Made by a program: the position numbers and the translations under genes. From Chiloscyllium plagiosum (lineage: Eukaryota): a DNA stretch of 64,000 nucleotides. Shown here in pieces: positions 11,941 through 24,545 of this stretch; positions within the stretch are counted from its first letter, which is position 1; each line of letters starts with the position of its first letter. The DNA lies in the NCBI RefSeq assembly GCF_004010195.1, contig NC_057718.1, positions 25,944,508-26,008,507 of the forward strand. Direction: 5' to 3'. The notes under the pieces were generated by a model. The model did no database searches. It had not been told where the DNA came from and was given only the letters and a program-made list of their open reading frames with translations.

Positions 11941-12776
11941 CGTGATTTTCACCACCATTATCCCTGGAAAAGTCAATAGAGAAAAATCATGGGTGGAGAT
12001 ATGAGAAAAAGATTGTTTTTGGATTTTCTCATGATCTTCTCATTCTTACAAAGACAGAAAACCAATAATTAATTTATTTACTTCAGGAACAGTAAATGTT
12101 ATGGATGCAGGAATTATACCTTGGACTTTCAAGATCCACCTAAATAATATTGGCAGGAGTATTATGGAAACCCTTATAAGCATTGTTTCTTTTTTATGAG
12201 TAAATTGGGAAGAAAAGGGCATTGGACATCAGTTTAAAAATTATCCACAAACTTGTGTTTTGCATGACAATGAAGTTTGTGTCTATGTGAAGTTGCCTCA
12301 GGAATGATGAAGTAATTCAGAAATGATTCAAAATTAGTTCAGATTACTCTGATGGCTAAAAGCTTTCCTTCAGAAAACATTCTCACACTATTTGCATTGC
12401 TCTTTAGATGCAATCAAGAGCCGAATGAAGTTAAAAAAACATGAGAAATGTCATTTTTTTAAAAATTACTTCCTTCAACAAGAACATTGCAAGCATTAAA
12501 ATAGTGTTGACAAGCTTTTTCAATACCACAGAGAGGTGACAAGCAATAGTGAGTATTTCCTCGAATTCCAGGAGCAGCAATTACTGTTTTATATGCTGTT
12601 GCATTGTTTTGGAACTTTGGAAAAAAAAGTCAAAACAACAGCAGTTTAAAAGCGAGAAGAGCAGACAAAGGAAACACATGGTGAGGACAGTGCAGGAGAG
12701 AGAGAGAGAGAGAGAGAAAACCTGCACAGTTACCGCCTTTGCTGTTTGAATTTGTGTATCGCTGGACATCGGAGTG

Positions 12777-12924
12777 ATTAGATTAGATTAGATTACTTAC
12801 AGTGTGGAAACAGGCCCTTCGGCCCAACAAGTCCACACCGACCTGCCAAAGCGCAACCCACCCATTCCCCTACATTTACCCCTTTACCTAACACTATGGG
12901 CAATTTAGCATGGCCAATTCACCT
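12777..12924 (-). mobile_element. HE1-like SINE 3' part inserted in the CR1 5' region
   Basis: (attag)n tail plus acagtgtggaaacaggcccttcggccc; flanked by gagtg on both sides. Confidence 0.75.
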
Positions 12925-13199
12925 GAGTGCATCTGGGAAAATTAAAAAACAGTGAAATTCACAACTAATCTTGGAGGAATTGTTGGGCGAAGTTCACAGC
13001 ACAGAATCAGATAAGTTAATTGTTGTTTTAAGTCTGTCCAAGAGAAAGGCTGCAGTAGAGAGTATAGTGGATTCTTTCTTATATGTTTTTGGAGATAAGT
13101 CTCTTGATTAAACTTAAAATATAAGCAATAGCTGTTAATTTAACCTAGGGCATTGTCTGTAGAGGAATAAGACGGTGTTATTTTCTGGGTCTATAGATT

Positions 13200-14090
13200 G
13201 TGAAGGAGCAAAAAATGTCCTTTGCAGTGATATGTACTTCTTGTCAGATGTGGGAGTTTAAAGAGAGTTTAAGGGTTACTGCGGATTATATCTGCCATAA
13301 ATGCTGTTGGATGCGAATCTTAACAGATCGAGTGGATCGCTTGGAGAGACAGATAGGAGCGATGAGGAACTTGCAACAGCAACAGTATGTGATGGGTGGC
13401 AGTTATAGGAAGAGGGGAATGTCTCAGATACAGTCACATAGATGGGTTAACTCCAGGAAGGGTAAGAGAGGTAGGCACCACGGCAGGAGTCTTTTGTGAA
13501 TATACCCATTTCAAACAGGTATGCTGTTTTGGAAAATGTAGGGGGTGATGGATTCTCAGGGAAACGTAGCACGAACAGCCAAGTTTCAGATATTGAGACT
13601 GGCTCTAATGCAACGAGGGGTATGTCGGCTTCCAAGAGATCAATTGTGTTAGGGGATTCTGTCGTCAGAGGTACAGACAGACGTTTCTGTGGCCAGCAGA
13701 GAAAAAGCAGAATGATGTGTTGTTTCCCTGGTGCCAGGATCAAGGATGTCTCAGAGAAGGTGCAGAATGTTCTCACGGGGAAGAGGGGCCAGCAGGAGGT
13801 CATTGTCCACATTGGAACCAACGACATTGGAAGGGAAACGGTTGAGACTCTGAAGGGAGATTACAAAGAGTTAGGCAGAAATTTAAAAAGGATGTCCTCA
13901 AGGGTAGTAATATCTGGATTACTCCCAGTGCTACGAGCTAGTAAGGACAGGAATAGGAGGTTAGAGCAGATGAATCCATGGCTGAGGAACTGGTGTATGG
14001 GAGAAGGATTCACATTTTTGGATCATTGGAATCTTTTTGGGGTAGAAGTGACCTGCACAAGAAGGACGGATTGTACCTAAATTGGAAGGG
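13200..14090 (+). pseudogene. CR1 ORF1: zinc finger/coiled coil plus SGNH (GDSL) esterase domain
   Basis: VICTSCQMWEF...YICHKC; IVLGDSVVRG, CCFPGARIKDV, VHIGTNDI, VVISGLLP; DGLY in place of DGLH. Confidence 0.85.
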
Positions 14091-16700
14091 GAAATTAAAC
14101 TGCATATATTTCAATGCAAGGGGCCTAACAGGGAAGGCAGATGAACTCAGGGCATGGTTAGGAACGAGGGACTGGGATATCATAGCAATTACGGAAAATG
14201 GCTCAGGGATTGCCAGGACTGGCAGCTTAATGTTCCAGGACACAACTGCTACAGGAAGGATAGAAAGGGAGGCAAGAGAGGAGGGTGATGGCATTTTTGA
14301 TAAGGGATAGCATTACAGCTGTGTTGAGAGGATATTCCCGGAAATACATCCAGTGAAGTTATTTGGGTGGAACTGAGAAATAAGAAAGGGATGATCACCT
14401 TATTGGAATTGTATTATAGATCCCCCCCCAATAGTCAGAGGGAAATTGAGAAACAAACTTGTAAGGAGATCTCAGCTATCTGTAAGAATAATAGGGTAGT
14501 TATGGTAGGAGATTTTAACTTTCCAAACATCAACTGGGACTGCCATAGTGTTAAAGGTTTAGATGGAGAGGAATTTCTTAAGTGTGTACAAGACAGTTTT
14601 CAGATTCAGTATGTGGATGTATCTACTAGAGAAGGTACAAAACCTGACCTACTCTTGGGAAATAAGGCAGGGCAGGTGACTGAAGTGTCAGTGGCGGAGC
14701 ACTTTGAGGCCAGCCACCATAATTTTATTTGTTTTAAAATCGTGATGGAAAAGGATAGACCAGATCTAAAAGTTGAAGTTCTAAATTGGAGAAAGGCCAA
14801 TTTTGACGGTATTAGGCAAGAACTTTTGAAAGCTGATTGGAGGCAGATGTTCGCAGGTAAAGGGACGGCTGGAAAATGGGAAGCCTTCAGAAATGAGATA
14901 ACAAGAATCCAGAGAAAGTATATTCCTGTCAGGGTGAAAGGGAAGGCTGGAAGATATAGGGTATTCTGGAAGACTAAAAAAATTGAGGGATTGATTAAGA
15001 AAAAGAAGGAAGCATATGTCAGGTATAGACAGGATAGATCGAGTGAATCCTTAGAAGAGTTTAAAGAAAGTAGGAGTATACTTAAGAGGGAAATCAGGAG
15101 GGCAAAACGGGGACATGAGACAGCTTTGGCAAATAGAATTAAGGAGAATCCAAAGGGTTTTTACAAATATATGAAGGACAAAAGAGTAACTAGGGAGAGA
15201 ATAGGGCCACTCAAGGATCAGCAAGGTGGCCTTTATGTGGAGCCACAGAAAATGGGGGAGATACTAAATAAATATTTTGCATCAGTATTTACTGTGGAAA
15301 AGGATATGGAAGATATAGACTGAAGGGAAATGTGACATCTTGCAAAATGTCCAGGTTACAGAGGTGGTGGAAGTGCTGGATGTCTTGAAACGGTTAAAGG
15401 TGGATAAATCCCCAGGACCTGACCCGAGAACTTAGTGGGAAGCTAGAGAAGTGATTGTTGGGCCTCTTGCTGAGATATTTATATCATCGATAGTCACAGG
15501 TGAGGTGCCGGAAGACTGGAGGTTGGCAAACGTGGTGCCACTGTTTAAGAAGGGTGGTAAGGACAAGCCAGGGAACTATAGACCGGTGAGCCTGACTTTG
15601 GTGGTGGTCAAGTTGTTGGAGGGAATCCTGAGGGACAGGATGTACATGTATTTGGAAAGGCAAGGACTAATTCGGGATAGTCAACATGGCTTTGTGCGTG
15701 GGAAATCATGTCTCACAAAATTGATTGAGTTTTTTGATGAAGTAACAAATAAGATTGATGAGGGCAGAGCAGTAGATGTGATCTATATGGACTTCGGTAA
15801 GGCCTTCGACAATGTTCCCCATGGGAGACTGATTAGCAAGGTTAGATCTCACGGAATACAGGGAGAACTAGCCATTTGGATACAGAACTGGCTCAAAGGT
15901 AGAAGACAGAGGGTGTTGGTGGAGGGTTGTTCTTCAGACTGGAGGCCTGTGACCAGTGGAGTGCCACAAGGATCAGTGCTGGTTCCTCTACTTTCTGTCA
16001 TTTACATAAATAATTTGGATGCGACCATAAGAGGGTACAGTTAGCAAGTTTGCAGATGACACCAAAATTGGAGGTATTGTGGACAGCGAACAGGGTTACC
16101 TCAGATTACAACAGGATCTGGACTCGATGGGCCAATGGGCTGAGAAGTGGCTGATGGAGTTTAATTCTGATAAATGCGAGGTGCTGCTTTTTGGGAAAGC
16201 AAATCTTAGCAGGACTTATACACTTAATGGTAAGGTCCTAGGGAGTGGTCATGTTGCGGCTGGACAGGATATTGGTTAGGCCACTGTTGGAATATTGCAT
16301 GCAATTCTGGTCTCCTTCCTACCGGAAATATGTTGTGAAACTTGAATGGGTTCAGAAAAGATTTACAAGGATGTTGCCAGGGTTGGAGGATCTGAGCTAC
16401 AGGGAGAGGCTGAACAGGCTGGGGCTGTTTTCCCTGGAACGTCGGAGGCTGAGGGGTGACCTTATAGTGGTTTACAAAATTATGAGGGGCATGGATAGGA
16501 TAAATAGACAAAGTCTTTTCCCTGGGGTCGGGGAGTCCAGAACTGGAGGGCATAGGTTTAGGGTGAGAGGGGAAATTTATAAAAGTGACCCAAGGGCCAA
16601 CTTTTTCACGCAGAGGGTGGTACGTGTATGGAATGAGCTGCCAGAGGATGTGGTGGAGGCTGGTACAATTGCAACATTTAAGAGGCACTTGGATGTGTAG
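14091..16700 (+). pseudogene. CR1 ORF2: AP endonuclease plus reverse transcriptase
   Basis: [62 protein letters not shown]. Confidence 0.9.
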
Positions 16701-18779
16701 ATGAATACGAAGGGTTTGGAGAGATATGGGCTGGCTGCTGGCAGGTGGGACTCGATTGGGTTGGGATATCTGGTCGGCATGGATGGGTTGCAGCGAAGGG
16801 TCTGTTTCCATGCTGTACATCTCTATGATTCTAAGTAGGTACGAGGCCTAAATTGAATTGAGTTAACATGCGTTAGCATTACACATTCCAAAAGCAGAGT
16901 CCTTGGTGTCTGGATCATGCATGAATTACATCTACAATATGACGTGGCTAAAATAATTACTTTTCTAGTTAGTGATTTTCTAAAATAGTTGCAAGTTTGC
17001 ATTTCAGAGTTGCTTCCCAGAAATTTGCAAATCAGCTCATTTGTCCCATTTATGTGGTATGAGGCTAAAGTAAGCTCCAATTATATAATTCACATGTCCT
17101 AACTCAGACTGACTTCCGAGCATAGGCATGATGGGGAAAATGGTATCCTGGGCTGTATTATTCCACAATAATTTGACCAAGGTACTTAATAGATAGATAA
17201 TTATTCATGAATCTTTCACAAAAAAGCAGTCAATTTGCTTAACTTCTTTATAGCAAAGTTTAAGATGATTCTCAAACAAGTAGAGAAAATTTTAAAAGGT
17301 GGATTCTTTCTCTTTATTATTTTTCAATGTTTTTCATTACTGTTCCAATGGATTCCAAATCATTGAACAATTGCACCTAATGAGATATTGGAGTGTTAAA
17401 GTATTCCAATGCCCTGTTGATTAAGAAGGTAACTTTCCGGCTTTCAACTATTGTATTCCCTTGATGATGTCTTGGTGTCATTTTATTTGGAGTTACATAA
17501 AGCTTTACTTTGTTAACATATGAATAATGTATCTCTGGTGGTACTCATTATATCCTGATACTAAGCATTGAAAAAATTAGCCTTTTAGACACAGCTGAAG
17601 TGATGAGAAGCTCGCTGACGAGCAGGAATCTTTGCATTTTGTTTCTGTTGAAATATTGCTCCAGTTGAATCAATAAGATGTTCATACAGTAAATGAATCA
17701 AGCAAACCCTTCAATTAGCCGAGGTCTGTCAGTGCTTCTAATGAATGCTTTGTTTTCTTAATATTTGGTGCTTTAGTCTGAAATTTCCACAGATGTGTTT
17801 TGTGTCACAGAAGCTTTTCTGAATGCCTTAAAAACATTGATGCATAAAACTGTATCCAGCTTGCAGTCTGAAATATTGAACAGCACTTACTGATGATAAT
17901 GTTGTTCATGGCATTCCTCATGTTTCATTCATAAGTCTTCCTTGAGATCCATGATGTACTGAGGAAAATTATTATTGCGCGACCCGTCAGTTCAGCCCAG
18001 GTCTATCAGTTCTAATCTTCAAGTGGGCTTCAATTGAGGCAGACAGACTGTCAGCTAATTAAAATGTTTAAATAACCGTAAGATGATGTGCAACTTTTAT
18101 GTAAATCAGTGCTGCCAAAGCTCATCCTTGTCTTACCTCCCTAAGTCCATTCCTGGTGTTCCTTGCTGGCGAAATCATGAGTTCTTATTTAAAGAGACAG
18201 AAAGGTTTGAAGAAAATATTTTGCAAGCCTATTATCTTGGATCAGCACAGTATAGTTATTCAGACTTTGTAGATTCACATTCCAGAGATAAATGAGCTTA
18301 TTGGTTTTATTAATATTCACATAATCTACAAACAGGATATGTACCTATTCAATTACTAGCTGGCTATCTATTGTGATTGTAAACTACTAATGAATCCAAG
18401 CAGGTTCGTCGCACTGAGAGCCAAATTATTACCAGGAATGAGTCTAGTAATTTGCCTAGCTGGACAATGTAAGATGACTTGGACTAAACCTCATTTGGAG
18501 GTTATTGCCATGTAATCTGAAATGTATTATGACTTCACTAGTAGATAGCTGCATCACACCACATACCACTATTTTCATTAGATCTATGCAGAGGATAACA
18601 TAGTTTTGCATCTTTTTAAACATCAGTCTTCATAAAATAATAATAGCTAGAATATTGATAAGTTTGCAGCAAACCAAAGTTAATCCTTATGCAAATTATT
18701 TGCTTCAAAATGCATAAATTTGACAGCTGCTCATGTCAGAATCTTGATGATCCTGATTAATTTGTTAGAAACATTGCAA

Positions 18780-19590
18780 GAAGGAAATAGAAGCAGGAGT
18801 AGGCCAATTGGCCCTTCAAGCCTGCTCCACCATTCAGTGTGACGGTGGCTGATCATCGAACTCAGTATCTTGTTCCTGATTTTTCCCCATAGCCGTTCAT
18901 CTTTTTAGCCCTTGGAACTATATCTATCTCCTTCTTGCAAATATTTGTTTTGTCCTCAGTTGTTTTCTGAGGAAGAAAGTTCCGCAGGCTCGCATTCTCT
19001 AGATGAAGAAAGATCCTTCTCATCTCACACGTAAATGGCCTCCCTGATATCTTGAAATGGTGACCCCTGGTTCTGGACTCACAGTCACCAGGAACAGTCT
19101 TCTCTTGTTTACCCTGCCCAGTCCTGTTTCTTTGAGATCCACCCCCACTCCCCCCATTCTTCTAAATTCCAGTGAATCTAGTCCTAACCAATCCAGCATC
19201 TCTTCGCACATCCCAGGTAGGTAAACCTTTGTTGCACTCCCTCCATAGACAGAGCATCCTTCCTCAGATGAGACAAAATCTGCACAAAATACCCCAGGTG
19301 TCATCTCAACAAACCCCTGTGCAACTGCAGCAAGACATCCCTTCTCCTATGCATGACCCTTCTCACTACAAAGGCCAATATACCATTTAACTTCTTCACT
19401 GCCCGTTGCACCTTACTTTCAATGTCTGGTATGCAGGTCTCATTCCACCTCCCATTTTCTCAATCTATCGTCATTAAGATAAAAATCGGCTTTTCCGTTT
19501 TTGCTACCAAACTGAATAACCTCATAGTTATCCATATTATATTGCTTCTGCCATGCATTTGCCCACTCACTTAATTTGTCTAATTGAGCT
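18780..19590 (-). mobile_element. Older CR1 3' fragment
   Basis: gaaatagaagcaggagtaggccaattggcccttc tail; LDWLGLDSLEFRRMGG; degenerate RT C-terminus. Confidence 0.75.
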
Positions 19591-19765
19591 TCTATCAGAG
19601 AATGCCAAGCACACTTGGCTCAACAACACCACACAGGAACCCATTTTGAAAAAATGAACTGTGATGCAGTTCGATCCATTGATCAGCTGGAGCCCACACT
19701 GACAAGTCCATTAGAGTCCTATCCAATTGGCCAAATTTCCCTCTATCCCATGCCTCCTGACTTAC

Positions 19766-20745
19766 ATGTTACAAGTGGAGTTCCGCAGGGATCAGTTCTG
19801 GGTCCTCTGCTGTTTGTAATTTTTATTAATGACTTAGATGAGGGAGTCGAAGGGTGGGTCAGTAAATTTGCAGATGATACGAAGATAGGTGGAGTTGTGG
19901 ACAGTGAGGAGGGCTGTTGTCGGCTGCAGAGGGACTTAGATATGATGCAGAGCTGGGCTGAGGAGTGGCAGATGGAGTTCAACCCTGCCAAGTGTGAGGT
20001 TGTCCATTTTGGAAGAACAAATAAGAATGCGGAATACAGGGTTAATGGTAGGGTTCTTAGTCAGGTGGAGGAACAGAGGGATCTTGGGGTCTATGTACAT
20101 AGATCTTTGAAGGTTGCCACTCAGGTGGATAGAGTTTGTAAGAAGGCCTATGGAGTATTATCGTTCATTAGCAGAGAGATTGAATTCAAGAGTCGTGAAG
20201 TGATGTTGCAGCTGTACAGGACCTTGGTTAGGCCACAGTTGGAGTACTGTGTGCAGTTCTGGTCGCCTCACTTTAGGAAAGATGTGGAAGCTTTGGAGAG
20301 GGAGCAGAGAAGATTTACCAGGATGTTGCCTGGAATGGAGAGGAAGTCGTACGAGGATAGGTTGAGAGTCCTCGGCCTTTTCTCGTTGGAACGGCGAAGG
20401 ATGAGGGGTGACTTGACAGAGGTTTATAAGATGATCAGAGGAATAGATAGAGTAGACAGTCAGAAACTTTTTCCCCGGGTACAACAGAGTGTTACAAGGG
20501 GACATAAATTTAAGGTGAAGGGTGGAAGGTATAGAGGAGATGTCAGGGGTGGGTTCTTTACCCAGAGAGTGGTGGGGGCATGGAATGCGCTGCCCGTGGG
20601 AGTGGTAGAGTCGGAATCATTGGCGACCTTTAAGCGGCATTTGGATAGGTACATGGATGGGTACTTAATCTAGGTTAGAAGTTCGGCACAACATCGTGGG
20701 CCGAAGGGCCTGTTCTGTGCTGTATTGTTCTATGTTCTATGTTCT
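19766..20745 (+). mobile_element. Young 5'-truncated CR1 LINE with an uninterrupted RT C-terminal frame
   Basis: [16 protein letters not shown]...[11 protein letters not shown]...FKRHLDRYM is open to 20673; (ttctatg)n tail; CpGs retained. Confidence 0.93.
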
Positions 20746-20959
20746 AGTCCCTATGCACAAAATAAACAGCCCAGAAAGGCAGTTCAATACAATAGAGCTG
20801 CTGTTTACAGCATATTTTGGCTCTCCAAATGGCATAAAACATGAAGAACCAAAATTGGACAATACTCAGTGAGATGTAAGAGACAATATTGATGGCATAT
20901 AAGATCGTGAGGAAGCTGAGTGTTTTGACATTAATGGGACGATACATTTACTGTGTTTA

Positions 20960-21175
20960 ACAATCTCTGAATTTATGTTATACGTAGCAGGCTTGGTTTA
21001 TTGTGTTTTGTGTTTTTTTTGTGAATAAACTTATTTTATTAAATTGATGTCTGCAACATTGCACACCAGTGTTTCAGCTGGAGACTATTTTGTTAAAACT
21101 AAAACAAATCAAACTATGATCTGTCAAGCCAGATTTCTGATTTTTCCGGTAATACCATCAGCTGTCATCATAACA
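20960..21175 (+). mobile_element. Possible LTR 3' remnant (Gypsy-like)
   Basis: aataaa signal followed by ...gtaataccatcagctgtcatcataaCA, resembling LTR ends; no partner LTR or coding region seen. Confidence 0.3.
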
Positions 21176-21249
21176 GAACTTTGATACTCTTGAGATTCTG
21201 TCCTGATGATTGCAAGCCAAAATGTTTTAACAATATATCATACAGCTTT

Positions 21250-22655
21250 AGAGTCATAGAGATGTACAGCATGGAAACAGACACTTCGGTCCAACCTGTC
21301 CACACCGACCAGATATCCCAACCCAATCTAGTCCCACCTGCCAGCAACCGGCCCCTATCCCTCCAAACCCTTCCTATTCATATACCCATCCAAATGTTTC
21401 TTAAATGTTGCAATTGTATTAGCCTCCACCACATCCTCTGGCAGCTCATTCCATGCACGTACCACCCTCTGCGTGAAACAGTTGGCCCTTAGGTCTCTTT
21501 TATAAATTTCCCCTCTCACCCTAAACCTATGCCCTCTAGATATGGACTCCCTGATCTCAGGGAAAAGTCTTTGTCTATTTATCCTATCCATGCCCCTCAT
21601 AATTTTGTAAACGTCTATAAGGTCACCCCTCAGCCTCCGATGCTCCAGAGAAAACAGCCCCAGCCTGTTCAGCCTCTCCCTGTAGCTCAGATCCTCCAAC
21701 CCTGGCAACATCCTTGTAAATCTTTTCTGAACACTTTCAAGTTTCACAACATCTTTCCGATCGGAAGGAGACCAGAACTGCACGCAATATTCCAACAGTG
21801 GCCTAACCAAAGTCCTGTACAGCCGTAACATGACCTCCCAACCCCTGTACTCAATACTCTGACCAATAAAGGAAAGCATACCAAACGCCTTCTTCACTAT
21901 CCTATCTACCTGCGACTCNNNNNNNNNNNNNNNNNNNNNNNNNNNNNNNNNNNNNNNNNNNNNNNNNNNNNNNNNNNNNNNNNNNNNNNNNNNNNNNNNN
22001 NNNNNNNNNNNNNNNNNNNNNNNNNNNNNNNNNNNNNNNNNNNNNNNNNNNNNNNNNNNNNNNNNNNNNNNNNNNNNNNNNNNNNNNNNNNNNNNNNNNN
22101 NNNNNNNNNNNNNNNNNNNNNNNNNNNNNNNNNNNNNNNNNNNNNNNNNNNNNNNNNNNNNNNNNNNNNNNNNNNNNNNNNNNNNNNNNNNNNNNNNNNN
22201 NNNNNNNNNNNNNNNNNNNNNNNNNNNNNNNNNNNNNNNNNNNNNNNNNNNNNNNNNNNNNNNNNNNNNNNNNNNNNNNNNNNNNNNNNNNNNNNNNNNN
22301 GCACAAAGCCATGTTGACTATCCCTAATCAGTCCTTGCCTTTCCAAATACATGTACATTCTGTCCCTCAGGATTACCTCCAACAACTTGCCCACCACTGA
22401 GGTCTGGCTCACCGGTCTATAGTCCCCTGGCTTGTCTTTACCGCCCTTCTTAAACAGTGGCACCACGTTTGCCAACCTCCAGTTGTCCGGCACCTCACCT
22501 GTGACTATCGATGATACAAATATCTCAGCAAGAGGCCCAGCAATCATTTCTCTAGCTTCCCACAGAGTTCTCGGGTACACCTGATCAGGTCCTGGGGATT
22601 TATCCACCTTTAACCATTTCAAGACATCCAGCACTTCCTCCTCTGTAATCTGGAC
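21250..22655 (-). mobile_element. CR1/HER1 LINE fragment spanning an assembly gap
   Basis: RT motifs on both sides of the N run (KSPGPD, YRPVS, QHGF; RPLLEYCVQFW) plus HER1-type 3' UTR. Confidence 0.9.
21919..22300. other. Assembly gap (382 N)
   Basis: Run of n. Confidence 1.
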
Positions 22656-23034
22656 ATATATCTCTAATACAGCAATATTCTAGTTCCACAAGATCAAGTT
22701 GCCAATAGTTTTTAATCTCATTTCTTTATTTCCATTTAGTATCTTATGTAATCTAGCAAGGCTCTAACTAATTGCTTAATACAATTGTGTCAGGAGTTAT
22801 ACAGTTGCTTGTTCAACTCACAAACATTCCTGTTGCCCAGTAGACTGTGTGTTAATCTTTATGGCTTTTGAATTTGCAACAAACGTAAGTGTCAATATCC
22901 TTTGAAAGGCAATAGGAGAATGTATTTGACTAACTGCGAGCTCTGTTCATTCACTTCTATGAACAAAATCCACCTCATTACCTATCTTCAGAGTGGTTAG
23001 GAGGCGTAGGAGATTTTTACAGATTCTCCAGTGG

Positions 23035-23945
23035 TCAAAACTTGTCTGCGCTGACTAGACATCCCAACCTGACATAGTCCCTTTTGCCTGCATTTTTCCC
23101 ATGTCTCTCTAAACTCTTCCTATTTGTATACCCATCCAGATGCCTTTTAGCCACTTCCTTTGGCAGGTGTTTCACACACACACCAATCTCTGTGTGAAAG
23201 ATTTACCTCTCAGATCCCTTTTAAATCTGTCTCCTCTCATCTTAAACATATGCCCTCTACTTTTGGGCTCCCCACTCCAGGGAAAGGACCTTCACTGTTC
23301 ACCCTATCCATGCCCCTCATGATTTTATAAACCTCTATAAGGTCACCCCTCAGACTCCAATCGTCCACGGAAAAAAGCCCCAGCCTATTCAGTCTCACCC
23401 TGCAATAACTCAAATCCTCCAATCCCTGCAACATCCTTGTAGTTCTTTTGTGTATCTTCTCAAATTTAACAAAATCCTTCCTTTGGAAAGATCACCAGAA
23501 TTGTATGCAGTATTCTAATAGTGGTCTCACTATTGTCCTGTACAGCTGTAATATGACATCCCAACTCCTGTATTTAATGTTATGACCAATGAAGACAAGC
23601 GTGCCAAATGCCTTCTTTACCAACCTGTCTACTTGCAACTCCATTTTCAAGGAACTATGCACCTGTTCCCCCAGGTGTCTTTGTTCAGCAACACTCCCCA
23701 GACCCTACCATTAACTGTGTAAGTCCTGCCTCCTGTCTTGCCTTACAAAATACAACCCCTCACATTGATTGAAATTAAAATGCCATCTGCCATTCCTCGG
23801 CCTATTAGCCCATCCGATCAGGGTCCCATCGAACTCCAAGATAATCCTCTTCACAATCCAATGCACTACCTATTTTGGTGTCACCTGCAAACTTACTAAC
23901 CATACCTCCTATTATCACATCCAAATTGTTTATAAAAATGACAAA
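23035..23945 (-). mobile_element. Degenerate CR1 3' fragment
   Basis: RVRLNRLGLFS...LRGDLIEVYKIMRGMDRV. Confidence 0.85.
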
Positions 23946-24404
23946 AAGCTGTTGAGTTCTTTTTTTCAACTGTTTATGCAAATAATTAGGTTCAGACAGT
24001 TGGAGATCCTTCCATCCCTAACAACTAGCATAAAGGAGCAATCCAAACCTACCTTTTGTGCTGGGTCATAGTCCCCCTGTCCTAGAGGGGACCATCACTG
24101 GGTCTTCCTCCTCTGAGCATTTACATGTTTTAATTATAGGAGATTACCTGTCAGCAATGCTGACATTTCAGAGAAAACTTAAATAGCTCCAAGGCATCAT
24201 GGACGACACTGAGTGTAGATCTTTAATTTTAGGGATATGTTTTATTACAAAAGAGGGAGCAGTCAGGAAATAAAGGTCCTGATGAATGAATTACGTGTCA
24301 CTTTAAGATCACGGCTATCGAATATGGTCATCAAACTATTCAGATTAATTTCTCATGATTAATCACAGTTCATTTCAAACACTTACAATCTGAGCACCAG
24401 GTTG

Positions 24405-24545
24405 GGTTCTGAAGAAAGGTCCCCGGATTCAAAATGTTAACACTGATGCCTGATCACAGATGTTGCCAGACCTGCTGAGTTTCTCCAGCAACTTCTGTTT
24501 CAGTAAGTTTCAGACCTCCAACATCCACAGTTCCTTGTTTCATTT
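24405..24545 (+). mobile_element. Penelope pLTR fragment (family C)
   Basis: ctgaagaaaggtccccggattcaaaatgttaac...cagatgttgccagacctgctgagtttctccagca. Confidence 0.6.

Larger units (their letters stand above)
12545..16834 (+). mobile_element. Near full-length but disabled CR1/HER1 LINE (5' region, ORF1, ORF2, 3' UTR)
   Basis: ORF1 zinc finger and SGNH esterase; ORF2 APE and RT; tail ctctatgattcta; several frameshifts, stops and two deletions. The 5' boundary is uncertain. Confidence 0.9.

Noticed and set aside
19615..20673. 352-aa ORF as a host or domesticated RT gene
   Set aside because: The first ~50 codons are chance read-through of flank into a 5'-truncated CR1 lacking the endonuclease and N-terminal RT motifs
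21902..22634. ORFs containing X runs
   Set aside because: They span the assembly gap
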